Source: Candidatus Latescibacterota bacterium | GTDB taxonomy: Bacteria; Latescibacterota; UBA2968 | Assembly (NCBI GenBank): GCA_965207885.1 | Contig: OZ242311.1 | Coordinates: 224,001-288,000, forward strand | Direction: 5' to 3' | DNA length: 64,000 bases | In this document: piece after piece, positions 10,834-19,815 of the stretch | How positions within the stretch are numbered: the first letter of the stretch is position 1 | Layout of the letters: every line of letters begins with the position of its first letter | The notes under the pieces: generated by a model | What the model was told of the DNA's origin: nothing | The model's input: only the letters and a program-made list of their open reading frames with translations | The model's database searches: none | Made by a program: the position numbers and the translations under genes

Positions 10834-11502
10834 TTACTCCGGAAGGTCTTCGGGTCGCTCAATTTCAATATCGACAAATGTGCCATCAACTCTGGCTATA
10901 ACATAAAAAACCTCATTGCCCCGCAAAACCCATACTGAGCTACCTGTACCGTGCATGAGAACGGGTTCTGAGGGACCATAGGTATTGGGAGGCAAGTCTT
11001 CGGGGCCATAAACCTGCACACTCCCATACGTGGGATCCCATTTGAGAAAAAAGAGACTATCGCCCTTCAAAACCCAGGCTCTGGACCCACCACCAGCCAT
11101 CATAACCGGTTCCGACCCATCTGAATCCGGAAGCTCTTCAGGACGCTCTGATTCCAGTCTCACAAACGTACCTTCGCGTTTTGCAGCGACAAAATAGACA
11201 TCGTCACCCCGCAGTATCCACGCAAAATCGCCCGTACTCTGCAAAAGCAGAACTTCTTTGATATCCTCACCACCGATTTCCTGGGGACCGTAAATCTGCG
11301 CCTGTTCAAATTCCCTATCCCATTTGAGATAGTAAAGTTTATTCCCCTTCAAAATCCAGGATGTCACCCCGCTACCGCCTATCATAGCGGGTTCTGGCAC
11401 TTCTTCATCCAGGGCAAAAACAGACGCCGGTTTAGACAGCGGTAAGCTTGTGCAAGCAGTAGAAAGTAAAAACAGAGCATATATGAAACGCCGATTAGAC
11501 AT
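10834..11502 (-). CDS. Hypothetical lipoprotein with four internal ~45-aa beta-rich repeats
   Basis: Lipobox LSTAC; the motif EP/EV...W(I/V)L(K/R)G..(L/V)(Y/F)(Y/F) occurs four times. Confidence 0.75.
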   Translation of the reverse strand: MSNRRFIYALFLLSTACTSLPLSKPASVFALDEEVPEPAMIGGSGVTSWILKGNKLYYLKWDREFEQAQIYGPQEIGGEDIKEVLLLQSTGDFAWILRGDDVYFVAAKREGTFVRLESERPEELPDSDGSEPVMMAGGGSRAWVLKGDSLFFLKWDPTYGSVQVYGPEDLPPNTYGPSEPVLMHGTGSSVWVLRGNEVFYVIARVDGTFVDIEIERPEDLPE

Positions 11503-11579
11503 TTTTGATTCTCCGGTTGAAATAAAAAAATTTTTAGACGGACAAATGTATAGGTTATGGAAGAATCAGTCAAGAGGCG

Positions 11580-11645
11580 GTGAGACGTAAGAAGTGAGAG
11601 GAGGAGCCTTTAACGTCTTACGTTTTACGTCTTACCTTTCACCTT
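11580..11645. repeat. Short tandem heptamer repeats in inverted arrangement
   Basis: GTGAGAC GTAAGAA GTGAGAG ... CTTTAAC GTCTTAC GTTTTAC GTCTTAC CTTTCAC. Confidence 0.7.
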
Positions 11646-11681
11646 TAAACTATACACCCCAGCAAAATAAAAGTTCTACCC

Positions 11682-11726
11682 AAAAAAATAATAGGCCACA
11701 TCGGGCGAACCCGTTTGTGGCCTATT
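11682..11726 (-). terminator. Intrinsic terminator of the sigma-factor gene
   Basis: Stem AATAGGCCACA...TGTGGCCTATT with a T-tract on the minus strand. Confidence 0.8.
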
Positions 11727-11742
11727 GGAATAGCGGACCGTG

Positions 11743-12600
11743 TTAATGCAAATAAGATTTCAGCGGACGGCTACGCGAGGTATGGCGCAATCGCCGAAGG
11801 GCTTTCTCTTTAATCTGACGCACGCGCTCTCGAGTCAATCCAAAACGTTCGCCAATTTCCTCGAGGGTAAGTGGCTGTTCGCGATTGATACCAAAATAAA
11901 GTGTAATAACTTCGGCTTCACGAGGGGTGAGGGTAGCGAGGGCTTTTTCTATTTCTCGTCTGAGTGCGTCATCGAGAAGTGGATCGTCGGGAGGGGGTTG
12001 CATGCCGTCTTCAAGTACATCGAGCAGATTATTGTCTTCGCCATCTTTAAATGGCGCATCCAGTGAAAGATGCCGGCTCGAAATTTTGAGTGTATCGCGC
12101 ACTTCAAAATCATTCATGCCGAGTTCATCGGCAATTTCACCCGGACTGGGTTCGCGACCATACTCCTGTTCGAGACCACTCGATGCCTTGCCAATTTTAT
12201 GGAGCGCGCCAACCCGATTCAGCGGCAGCCGAACAATGCGAGATTGCTCGGCCAGAGCCTGTAAAATCGCCTGACGGATCCACCACACGGCATAAGAAAT
12301 AAATTTAAAACCCTTAGTTTCATCAAAACGTTTGGCAGCTTTGATAAGCCCAAGATTTCCTTCATTTATCAGGTCGCCCATCGAAAGGCCCTGATTCTGG
12401 TATTGTTTGGCGACACTTACCACAAATCTCAGGTTGGCTGTGGTCAATTCTTCCAGGGCACCTTGATCGCCCTTTTTTATTCGTTTGGCCAGCACGACTT
12501 CCTGGTCTGCTGTAAGCAACGCGACTTCGCCAATTTCTTGTAAATACTGATCCAGTGATTCGTCTTCACGAGCATAAGGTCTTTTAGATAGTCTTGGCAC
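11743..12600 (-). CDS. RNA polymerase sigma-70 factor, short RpoD/SigA type (no region 1.1)
   Basis: [57 protein letters not shown] start at 12600 chosen because AAGGAGAGG precedes it (the ORF track starts at 12657). Confidence 0.93.
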   Translation of the reverse strand: MPRLSKRPYAREDESLDQYLQEIGEVALLTADQEVVLAKRIKKGDQGALEELTTANLRFVVSVAKQYQNQGLSMGDLINEGNLGLIKAAKRFDETKGFKFISYAVWWIRQAILQALAEQSRIVRLPLNRVGALHKIGKASSGLEQEYGREPSPGEIADELGMNDFEVRDTLKISSRHLSLDAPFKDGEDNNLLDVLEDGMQPPPDDPLLDDALRREIEKALATLTPREAEVITLYFGINREQPLTLEEIGERFGLTRERVRQIKEKALRRLRHTSRSRPLKSYLH

Positions 12601-12805
12601 TTCGTCAACCTCTCCTTCTTTGCACAGGGGATTTGCGCAGGTAGATAACACCTGCAAGGATAAAGGACAAAGGTCTGTGAAACGACAAAGGGAGAATCTT
12701 ACATGAATACCTCCTATCTTTACCCGATTGCCAGTGCTAAATCCCTTCCCTTTCTCGACACGGCAACGGGCTTCTAACTTCTGGTGGGGCCAGAAGAAGT
12801 TTCTA

Positions 12806-13742
12806 GGTAGTGTCTGAAAAGTCGTAAAGTATGTATTTTAGTTGCAGCATACGCCCTAAACCAAGGAGTATGATATGCAACGGAGATATGAACTGCGCGA
12901 CGAGGCTTGGCATCTGATCCAAGACCTGTTCCCACCGCCGAAGAAGATGGGTCGTCCCCGTCGGGATGATCGTACATTATTCAACGGGATCTTCTGGATA
13001 TTGTGTTCAGGTGCAGCTTGGCGCGACCTGCCAGAACGATATGGTCCTTGGCAGACAGCCTTTGACCGATTCTGCAAATGGAAACAGGATGGCACCTTTG
13101 ATCGCATTGTAGAAAAGCTACATCTCAAATTGGGTGAAGATGGTCTTTTAGATTATGCGACCTGGATGATGGATGCAACCCATATTCGAGCCACACAAGC
13201 CGCGGCAGGAGCGAAAAAAAAAGGGCAAAAAGGGTGAAGAAGAGCCCCCAGATCACGCTTTAGGACGCTCTCGTGGCGGTTTGACCACGAAAATCCATCT
13301 TCTTTGCGATGCAGTCGGGCATCCTTTAGCAGTGGATCTTCTCCCTGGTAACCAGTCAGAATCCACACAGGCTGAAAGGCTACTGTCAAAGGTATGCATA
13401 CCCACCAAACGAGGGCGTCCAAGAAACCGACCCAAGTATCTGGTAGCTGATAAATCTTATGATGTCTCACGCATCAGAGTCTATCTACGCAAACGGGGTA
13501 TCAAGGCTGCTATCCCAAACAAGGCGATTCCCAAAGGCAGAAAACGGCGTAAGAGAGGACCACGGCCTAAGTGTGATAAAAGATTATATGCCAAACGCAA
13601 TATCGTGGAGCGTCTCTTTGGTTGGCTTAAACACTGCCGACGGATTGTGACCCGATTTGAAAAAAAGGCGACTCATTTTCTCACTATGGTCAAGCTGGCC
13701 TGTATCAGACAACTCTTCAAAGCTTACTTTTCAGACACTACC
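12806..13742 (+). mobile_element. IS5-family insertion sequence, copy 2 (937 bp, apparently identical to copy 1)
   Basis: Same TIRs, TA duplication at 12804-12805 and 13743-13744, identical translated ORFs. Confidence 0.93.
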
Positions 13743-13745
13743 TAA
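12875..13745 (+). CDS. IS5-family transposase (two frames, A9 slippage site)
   Basis: Translations identical to copy 1. Confidence 0.9.
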
Positions 13746-14059
13746 TCTTCTCTATCTGATTCTTGTAATGTTTTGAATTGCGCTTCCTGGTTTTGCAATT
13801 GCTCTTCGAGCTTGCTAATCGTCGCGATTTGACCTTGAACCGCTTCAGTTTGTGCCTCAATGGCGGCCTCATGGTCTTTGAGTTCTTCGTATATTTGTCC
13901 GCCAAGTTCAGTAAATGCATCGTGAATAGCGTGGCGGGTGCGTGCAATATCGAGGCGTGCGCGGCCGAGTCTGCCCAGATATTCGGCTTTTTCCGCTGCT
14001 GTAGCCGCGCCATCGCGAAGACCTTGCTTAATTTTTTCCCAAAGAGTTTCGGAATTCAT
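13742..14059 (-). CDS. Hypothetical coiled-coil protein
   Basis: 105 aa, heptad-like, GGAG RBS, directly downstream of the BMC gene. Confidence 0.7.
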   Translation of the reverse strand: MNSETLWEKIKQGLRDGAATAAEKAEYLGRLGRARLDIARTRHAIHDAFTELGGQIYEELKDHEAAIEAQTEAVQGQIATISKLEEQLQNQEAQFKTLQESDRED

Positions 14060-14075
14060 TGTGTTTGCTCCAGCA

Positions 14076-14531
14076 TTAAGCGTCAGTTTGATTTCTTTTT
14101 ACACTGCGAAGTTCGGACAGCAATTGCGCTCGATTTGCGCGTGAAATCTCCCGCCCCTGAATATTAATACCCGGGGTTTCACGAGCAATCTGGCGCAGGC
14201 GATGTACCGGCAGATTTTCGAGATCCTCTTCGTTCGCTTCGTCTATTTCATCCTCTTTTTCCACCAACCCAAAAACATCGACGAGATCTTCGTGTGGATT
14301 GGGAATCACGTGATGTGCCACCAGAGTGCCCACCTGTTGCGCAGCCTGTACACCAGCTTCAACCGCAGCCTGCACTGCGCCAACATCGCCTAAAACGCGA
14401 ATCGAAATAATACCACCTTCTATTTGTTCAACAGCAGACAACTCAACAGCCGCTGCTTTGGTTGCTGCATCGGCAGCTTCTGCAACGCCGACAAAACCCA
14501 GCGTTTCAATAAGTCCGAGGGCAGGTTTCAT
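14076..14531 (-). CDS. Bacterial microcompartment hexamer shell protein with C-terminal Rho-N-like extension
   Basis: ALGLIETLG..AADAATKAA..GDVGAVQAAVEAG..HVIPNPH, then an acidic linker and LPVHRLRQIARE..ISRANRAQLL. Confidence 0.88.
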   Translation of the reverse strand: MKPALGLIETLGFVGVAEAADAATKAAAVELSAVEQIEGGIISIRVLGDVGAVQAAVEAGVQAAQQVGTLVAHHVIPNPHEDLVDVFGLVEKEDEIDEANEEDLENLPVHRLRQIARETPGINIQGREISRANRAQLLSELRSVKRNQTDA

Positions 14532-14831
14532 AAATGCTTATTTCCAAACAAAGAAAAGCGGCTACTCAAAACGCCAGGTGCGTATGAACAGCCGCCGAAT
14601 AAATCCATTCAACGGTGTGTATTTTTGGCAGAGAAAATGAAAATAGTTGTGTAATCCAACGGAAGGTTCATTAGACTTGCCAATCTACGAATGTGTTGAT
14701 TTATATGGATACCGCGAGAGTCAAAAGTAACAAATTTGAGGTCAGATGTCACGCATTTTTTTACATGTGAAAGCTATCCTAATGTAGTGTATTGTAATAT
14801 AGTTATATAGCTTATAAAGGGAACTCATGAG

Positions 14832-16274
14832 TCACCATTGAAAACGACTCAGCCCCTCAGCAGTACCAAACCAGACATATCCGCCATCGCGAAGAACAAC
14901 CTGTACCCGCGTGTGTGCAAGCCCATCGTACATCGTGTAATGTGTCCAGAGGTGGCGCGGCACATCTAAAAGAAAAGCTCCTGCGCTCGTGGCAACCCAC
15001 ACCTCATCGCTATTGGCCTCAATTGAGACGCGGTCTCTCCCACCTATCTCGGCGAGGGGATACTCGCGCCAGGTATTATCTCCCGGGCGGTATCGCACGG
15101 CTGCTGATGGGACATTTGTAGCAAGCCACAGATCATTGTTGTGCATAGCCAGCGCGCGTACCTTTCGTTTGGCAATATCATCGGCCACAGGCCGCCAGGT
15201 GCGATCTCCTCGGGCACATTGAAAAAGACCGCTCTCAGTACCTGCCCATATATAATCGGGACCCGCAACCATAGCATTGATAATCGCGTATTCGCTACCC
15301 TGCACATAGTCGAGCGAATCGGCTTTAATATCCAGCATAGCCAAACCGCGTTCCGAACCAATCCAGAGAATGTCGTTATCGCGTGCCAGTGCCTGCACCC
15401 GCCCCCAAAGGCGGGTTTCGCGATAAGTAAACCATTGTCCAGTGCGTCTGTAATACCGCATCAGACCATTGTGGGTGCCAAACCACACATTTTCACCGCC
15501 GGGTAATATCGTGACAATCTGGGGATCGTCGAGACCGATGATGCGGTTGGATTCAAAATACTCCCACGTATTTGTACCAGAGCGATATCGGGTAATACCG
15601 CGCGCAGGTGCGCGATAAGTGTCCGCACCCCCAATCCACAACACATCGCCATCGCGTGCAATAGCAGTGACGTTTTCTTCCAGCGGACCATAAGTGAGAA
15701 ATGAAAGCTGACCATCGAGGAGTTCGGCCTGCCCAACGCCCAGACCCCATGTGGCGATCCAGAGATGACGCCAGGAGTCAATCAACACATCTGTAATCGC
15801 ATAGTTGCGCCGGGGACCTATAACCTGGTGATCATCGACATAATAACCAAAAGGCGGAAAAACCGGTGGAATTTGGGGAACCGACCGCGGATTGTGCAGA
15901 TGTGCAGGAGGCCTACCCCCCTGCATAACGCTCTGCACGCCAGTGAGCCACCGGCCTACACCCGAGGGCGTTTCAAACCACAGGTCACCTGTATCGCTAT
16001 CATAAGCAATCCGCTGTACCCTGTTATCGGGCAAGCCATCGCGAGTTGTCAGCGGAGCCAGCCAGGACTTGGCAAACCGGTCATAGCGGCGAATGCCCCC
16101 GGTCGTCGCCACAAAAATGACCGTCGGGCTTTCCGCTATAGACGTGACGTAATTCATGCTGGTAAAATTTTCCCAGCGATCGCGGTCATACGCGGATGAG
16201 GGCGCAGAGAGCAGAACGGTCAGAAGCGCGATAGAAAATTGCACTGCACGTCGGTGAATAACAAGCTTAAACAT
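14832..16274 (-). CDS. Secreted beta-propeller repeat protein (two-component-regulator-propeller-like)
   Basis: Signal peptide from MFKLVIH (ATG 16274); repeated LW(I/F)(G/A)T..GL motifs, DGLPDNRV. Confidence 0.75.
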   Translation of the reverse strand: MFKLVIHRRAVQFSIALLTVLLSAPSSAYDRDRWENFTSMNYVTSIAESPTVIFVATTGGIRRYDRFAKSWLAPLTTRDGLPDNRVQRIAYDSDTGDLWFETPSGVGRWLTGVQSVMQGGRPPAHLHNPRSVPQIPPVFPPFGYYVDDHQVIGPRRNYAITDVLIDSWRHLWIATWGLGVGQAELLDGQLSFLTYGPLEENVTAIARDGDVLWIGGADTYRAPARGITRYRSGTNTWEYFESNRIIGLDDPQIVTILPGGENVWFGTHNGLMRYYRRTGQWFTYRETRLWGRVQALARDNDILWIGSERGLAMLDIKADSLDYVQGSEYAIINAMVAGPDYIWAGTESGLFQCARGDRTWRPVADDIAKRKVRALAMHNNDLWLATNVPSAAVRYRPGDNTWREYPLAEIGGRDRVSIEANSDEVWVATSAGAFLLDVPRHLWTHYTMYDGLAHTRVQVVLRDGGYVWFGTAEGLSRFQW

Positions 16275-17421
16275 TACGTGGGACCTCAAACATATTCCTC
16301 GCCGCCTCAAATTCGGGTATCGACGTCTTGCCATTGAGGCTGAGTTCAGACAAAATCCGCCCCGTGAGCGGCCCGAACTTAAAACCGTGCCCTGAAAACC
16401 CCGCCCCGATAACCACATTGGGATTATCCGGATGGACATCCAGAATAAAGTCCTCAGTACCCGTATTGGTATAAAGACACGTCTCCCAATCGAGAAACCG
16501 CTCAACCGGCGGAACAAATTGCGCTTTAATAAATACGCGAAGATCCTCAATCGCGTCCTCCGGCATCTGCGTGGGCACATCGTCGGGATCGTCGTCAACC
16601 CCACTGACAATATGTTTGGCCAGCTTGATCCCCTCGCGCCCAAATTGCGGAAGACCGTAATAACTTATATCGCCTTTTCGCAGGAGATAACCCCAAACCG
16701 GAAAAGCCCCGGGTTGAAATTCCTCCCGCGCCCCCTCAAGCTGGAAAAACCCAACCGTCTGGCGCGCCACTGCAACCTGCGAATTGAGAACCGGAAGCAA
16801 GCGAGACACCCAGGGACCAGCCGTCACAATCAGGCGTTCCGTTTCAAAATCCCCCGCAGAAGTCTCCACGCGAATGGGATCCCGGGTAATATCAACGCGC
16901 TGGACAGTCGTATTTTCCCGGATCTCCCCATCCCAACTGCGAATCAGGCGAATAAGAGACTGAACAGCCTGAGCGGCAGCCACAAGCCCGGCCGTGCGGT
17001 CGTACAGAACACCAGCGGCATCTTCAAAGCGAAAGACCGGAAAGCGTTTCCGCCCCTCTTCCGGAGTGAGAGGTTCCACATCCACACCGACCTCTGTCAC
17101 AGCCCTGGCATAGCTCGTGTATTTCCCACCAGGAGGACCAAAAAAACAGCCCGGCGTGGGATAGATGAGTTGAACCTCTGCATCGCGCTCGAGCTGGGGC
17201 CACGACTCACCGTGTGCAATTTGCATAAGACGCACATAATCTGCATTCACATAAGCACTGCGGGTAATACGCGAATCCCCGTGTGAACTGCCCCGGCCAT
17301 GAGCGAGCGCAAACTGTTCAATCAGCCCAACATCGCGAATGCCCTGCCGCAAGAGATGATAGCATGTACACAGGCCATTGATGCCCGCGCCAATGATGAG
17401 TGTATGGTATGTAGAAGACAT
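16267..17421 (-). CDS. Monomeric sarcosine oxidase / N-methyltryptophan oxidase-like flavoprotein
   Basis: IIGAGING, GSSHGDSRITR, CLYTNT (covalent-FAD Cys), FSGHGFKFGP. Confidence 0.9.
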   Translation of the reverse strand: MSSTYHTLIIGAGINGLCTCYHLLRQGIRDVGLIEQFALAHGRGSSHGDSRITRSAYVNADYVRLMQIAHGESWPQLERDAEVQLIYPTPGCFFGPPGGKYTSYARAVTEVGVDVEPLTPEEGRKRFPVFRFEDAAGVLYDRTAGLVAAAQAVQSLIRLIRSWDGEIRENTTVQRVDITRDPIRVETSAGDFETERLIVTAGPWVSRLLPVLNSQVAVARQTVGFFQLEGAREEFQPGAFPVWGYLLRKGDISYYGLPQFGREGIKLAKHIVSGVDDDPDDVPTQMPEDAIEDLRVFIKAQFVPPVERFLDWETCLYTNTGTEDFILDVHPDNPNVVIGAGFSGHGFKFGPLTGRILSELSLNGKTSIPEFEAARNMFEVPRNV

Positions 17422-17471
17422 AGTTGTATGATAAAGGGATTGCTGTAACGCGCCTCAAATGTTGTGATTCA

Positions 17472-19049
17472 TCACATGCCCCAGATATCGATCTCAATTC
17501 CACTGCGCGACGTCTGGCGACGGTGGAATACCTTGTCCGCCCAGCGCCTGCCTTCACGACGGTCAAAGACTACCAGATGCCCCGCTTCTGCAGCGCACCG
17601 ATCCATATATTCCGAGGTCTGTTCCAGGCCATCGGCAATGGTTTGTTCCAGGCCCTTATGGAGAATTTTGCACTCGATCACGATTTTGTGCGTCTGACTG
17701 CCCTGCGGCCAGACGAGCAGCAGATCCGTGCGCATCCGGCCAAGGCCATATTCTCGTTCAATGCGTCCACCGCTGTTGACAATGCGTTGGAGAAAGGCTT
17801 GCAACAGCAACTGTGGACCGGCTTCCCGATACTCGAATCGCGTTACCCAATGCTCTGAGTGCTCGCGGAAGAAGGTCTGGAACGCGGTCATCAGTTTGAC
17901 CACATTCAGGCCACCATCGGCATTGACGTACCAGGTGGTATCCTGGACAAGACCCGCTTGTGCAGCGTAGGTCAGTTCGCGCGGCACGACTTCTGCGTAT
18001 ATGGGGTTGGCGATGCGCAATGGATCGTCTTCGGCGATCAAGCCCAGATCGCGGACGTATTCGAGGTCTCGGGCAGAGAACGCACTCTTTTCTGCCCCGC
18101 TCAAAAGCGGTTCGACAACGCGGCGCACGCGGTCTTCTTGTAATTTGTCCGCCAATTGATCCAGATGCGTCTCTCGGCGCAGGATGAGTTGCTCTTGCGC
18201 TTCGCGGATGTCGTCTGCGGTGATCATACAGAGTCGGTCTGCGGTATCACCGTCCTGGAAGCAGGTCTCGTCAGCCAGTGCATTGACCAGCCACGGCTGT
18301 CCTTGTGTCTGCGTCCAGATCAGTTCCAACGCGTCGGAGGTGAACACCTGTCCCGTATCTTCGGTGTGCTGACCGAGTAATGCATGTACCTGATCCCTTG
18401 AGAAGTCGCCCAGGCGCAATGACTGCGCCTTGATGTTGAACGCACTGCCACCGGCGATGAGCGCGTTCTCTGCTGTTGACTGGATGCGGTAATCGCGCAC
18501 ATCGCGCACGCCGCACAATATCACGCTTTGCGGAAAACTCGCCGGACGCAGATCGTAGCCTGCTCGCAATTGACGCAACACGGACAGGAGCGCGTCGCCA
18601 ATCAGGGCATCGATCTCGTCAATGAGTAGCACCAATGGCTTCGGGTCGGCCATCGCCCAGTGCATCAATGCCTCCTGTAAAGCAGCACCTGGCCCAACCT
18701 CGGCAAGAAGACCAGGCCAGATCCCGGTCAAAAATTCGTCGCCGAGTGTCAAGCGTGCCCGAGACGCCAATCCGGCCAAAATGGTGCGCGTCACCTGTTC
18801 CACATCTTCGCGCCCGGCTTGCCCACCTTCGACATTGACGTACACACAGCGATAGTCGTCCCCCGCATTGAGCAAATCGCGCAGAGCCAGCAGGGCAGAT
18901 GTCTTGCCCGTCTGCCTGGGCGCGTGCAGGACGAAATAGCGTTTGTCTCGGATGAACCTGAGAACCTCGGTGAGGTTGAGCCGTTCTAAGGGCGGGATGC
19001 AATAGTGGTCCGCAGCTACCACTGGTCCACTCGTGTTGAAGAAGCGCAT
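17472..19049 (-). CDS. AAA-type ATPase with C-terminal PD-(D/E)XK-like nuclease domain
   Basis: Walker A APRQTGKT, Walker B LLIDEID, C-terminal REYGLGRMRTDL..VIECK. Confidence 0.85.
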   Translation of the reverse strand: MRFFNTSGPVVAADHYCIPPLERLNLTEVLRFIRDKRYFVLHAPRQTGKTSALLALRDLLNAGDDYRCVYVNVEGGQAGREDVEQVTRTILAGLASRARLTLGDEFLTGIWPGLLAEVGPGAALQEALMHWAMADPKPLVLLIDEIDALIGDALLSVLRQLRAGYDLRPASFPQSVILCGVRDVRDYRIQSTAENALIAGGSAFNIKAQSLRLGDFSRDQVHALLGQHTEDTGQVFTSDALELIWTQTQGQPWLVNALADETCFQDGDTADRLCMITADDIREAQEQLILRRETHLDQLADKLQEDRVRRVVEPLLSGAEKSAFSARDLEYVRDLGLIAEDDPLRIANPIYAEVVPRELTYAAQAGLVQDTTWYVNADGGLNVVKLMTAFQTFFREHSEHWVTRFEYREAGPQLLLQAFLQRIVNSGGRIEREYGLGRMRTDLLLVWPQGSQTHKIVIECKILHKGLEQTIADGLEQTSEYMDRCAAEAGHLVVFDRREGRRWADKVFHRRQTSRSGIEIDIWGM

Positions 19050-19289
19050 CGCTGTGTCTCCCTGTCTGATGCATTAGCTGCCCTGAATATATACAACATT
19101 GAGAGAGAAAGAGAAAAAATTTGGTTCCGCCGCCAATCGGTGAGACGTGAGGGAAATACCACAGAAACATATCGAGGAATAGACACAAGGTCAGGAGGAT
19201 TTCTTGATGCGATCTGAACCACCCTCCAATTTGGACGATGCCAAGCGTTCTCTTGGACGAGAAGTGAGAATGCTTGAGGGATTTGTCGG

Positions 19290-19460
19290 CGTTGGTATTG
19301 GGCACTTGCCGAGAAACTCATAGATCCGGGCAAAGCTTGTGAGTTGTTACAAAAGCCATTGGCAGACATCGAAAAAGGACTGAAAGGACCTGCCAGTGGC
19401 GATGCGGATAGTAGTTAGCGATACGAGTTGCATGATCAATCTGAGGAAGGGCGGTCTGAT
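19290..19460 (+). pseudogene. Remnant of an XRE/ImmA-IrrE-type C-terminus followed by the first ~20 codons of a PIN-domain gene
   Basis: RWYWALAEKLIDPGKACELLQKPLADIEKGLKGP (ends 19418) overlaps MRIVVSDTSCMINLRKGGL (ATG 19402). Confidence 0.55.
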
Positions 19461-19581
19461 AGGGCCGTATTACATTGGTCATCCGACAGCATTGTGCGAA
19501 ATACCAGAGGTCATCCAGCGCGGCTTCTCGAATGCAGTCTCGAAGGGCTTCAATAGCCACATCCAAGCCGATTCTGTTCCG
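19449..19581 (-). pseudogene. C-terminal remnant of a type IV TA AbiEi antitoxin
   Basis: RNRIGLDVAIEALRDC..LDDLWYFAQCCRMTNVIRPYQTAL matches the typical AbiEi C-terminus; no N-terminus present. Confidence 0.7.
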
Positions 19582-19610
19582 GATAAGTCTTTTCTAATGG
19601 GGATAGTCCA

Positions 19611-19639
19611 TTGACAAAACACACTGAATTGGATATGAT
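19611..19639 (+). promoter_or_regulatory. Near-consensus sigma-70 promoter
   Basis: TTGACA-17 bp-TATGAT. Confidence 0.8.
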
Positions 19640-19645
19640 ATTTTT

Positions 19646-19750
19646 GTCACCAAACGTATAAAATATCTTGAAGATTTTTGTGACTATTAAAAGCCCCGGC
19701 GGACAAATTTTCTTCAAGAGAGTTTGGTGAAATCCGTTGGGGCTTTTTTT
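19646..19750 (+). ncRNA. Candidate small RNA or attenuator leader (~105 nt) ending in an intrinsic terminator
   Basis: Starts 7 nt after the -10 box. Hairpin GTCAC..GTGAC, then AAAAGCCCCGGCGGA...TCCGTTGGGGCTTTTTTT; the two hairpins carry mutually complementary segments. Confidence 0.6.
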
Positions 19751-19815
19751 GTTTATACAGGGATGGCTGGCAATTGCAGTACCATCCCACAAAAACGACA
19801 GGAGACGCAACAGAA

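Noticed and set aside
16275-16643. N-terminal extension of the 603-aa propeller ORF
   Set aside because: It overlaps the sarcosine oxidase in another frame, and a signal peptide begins at ATG 16274.
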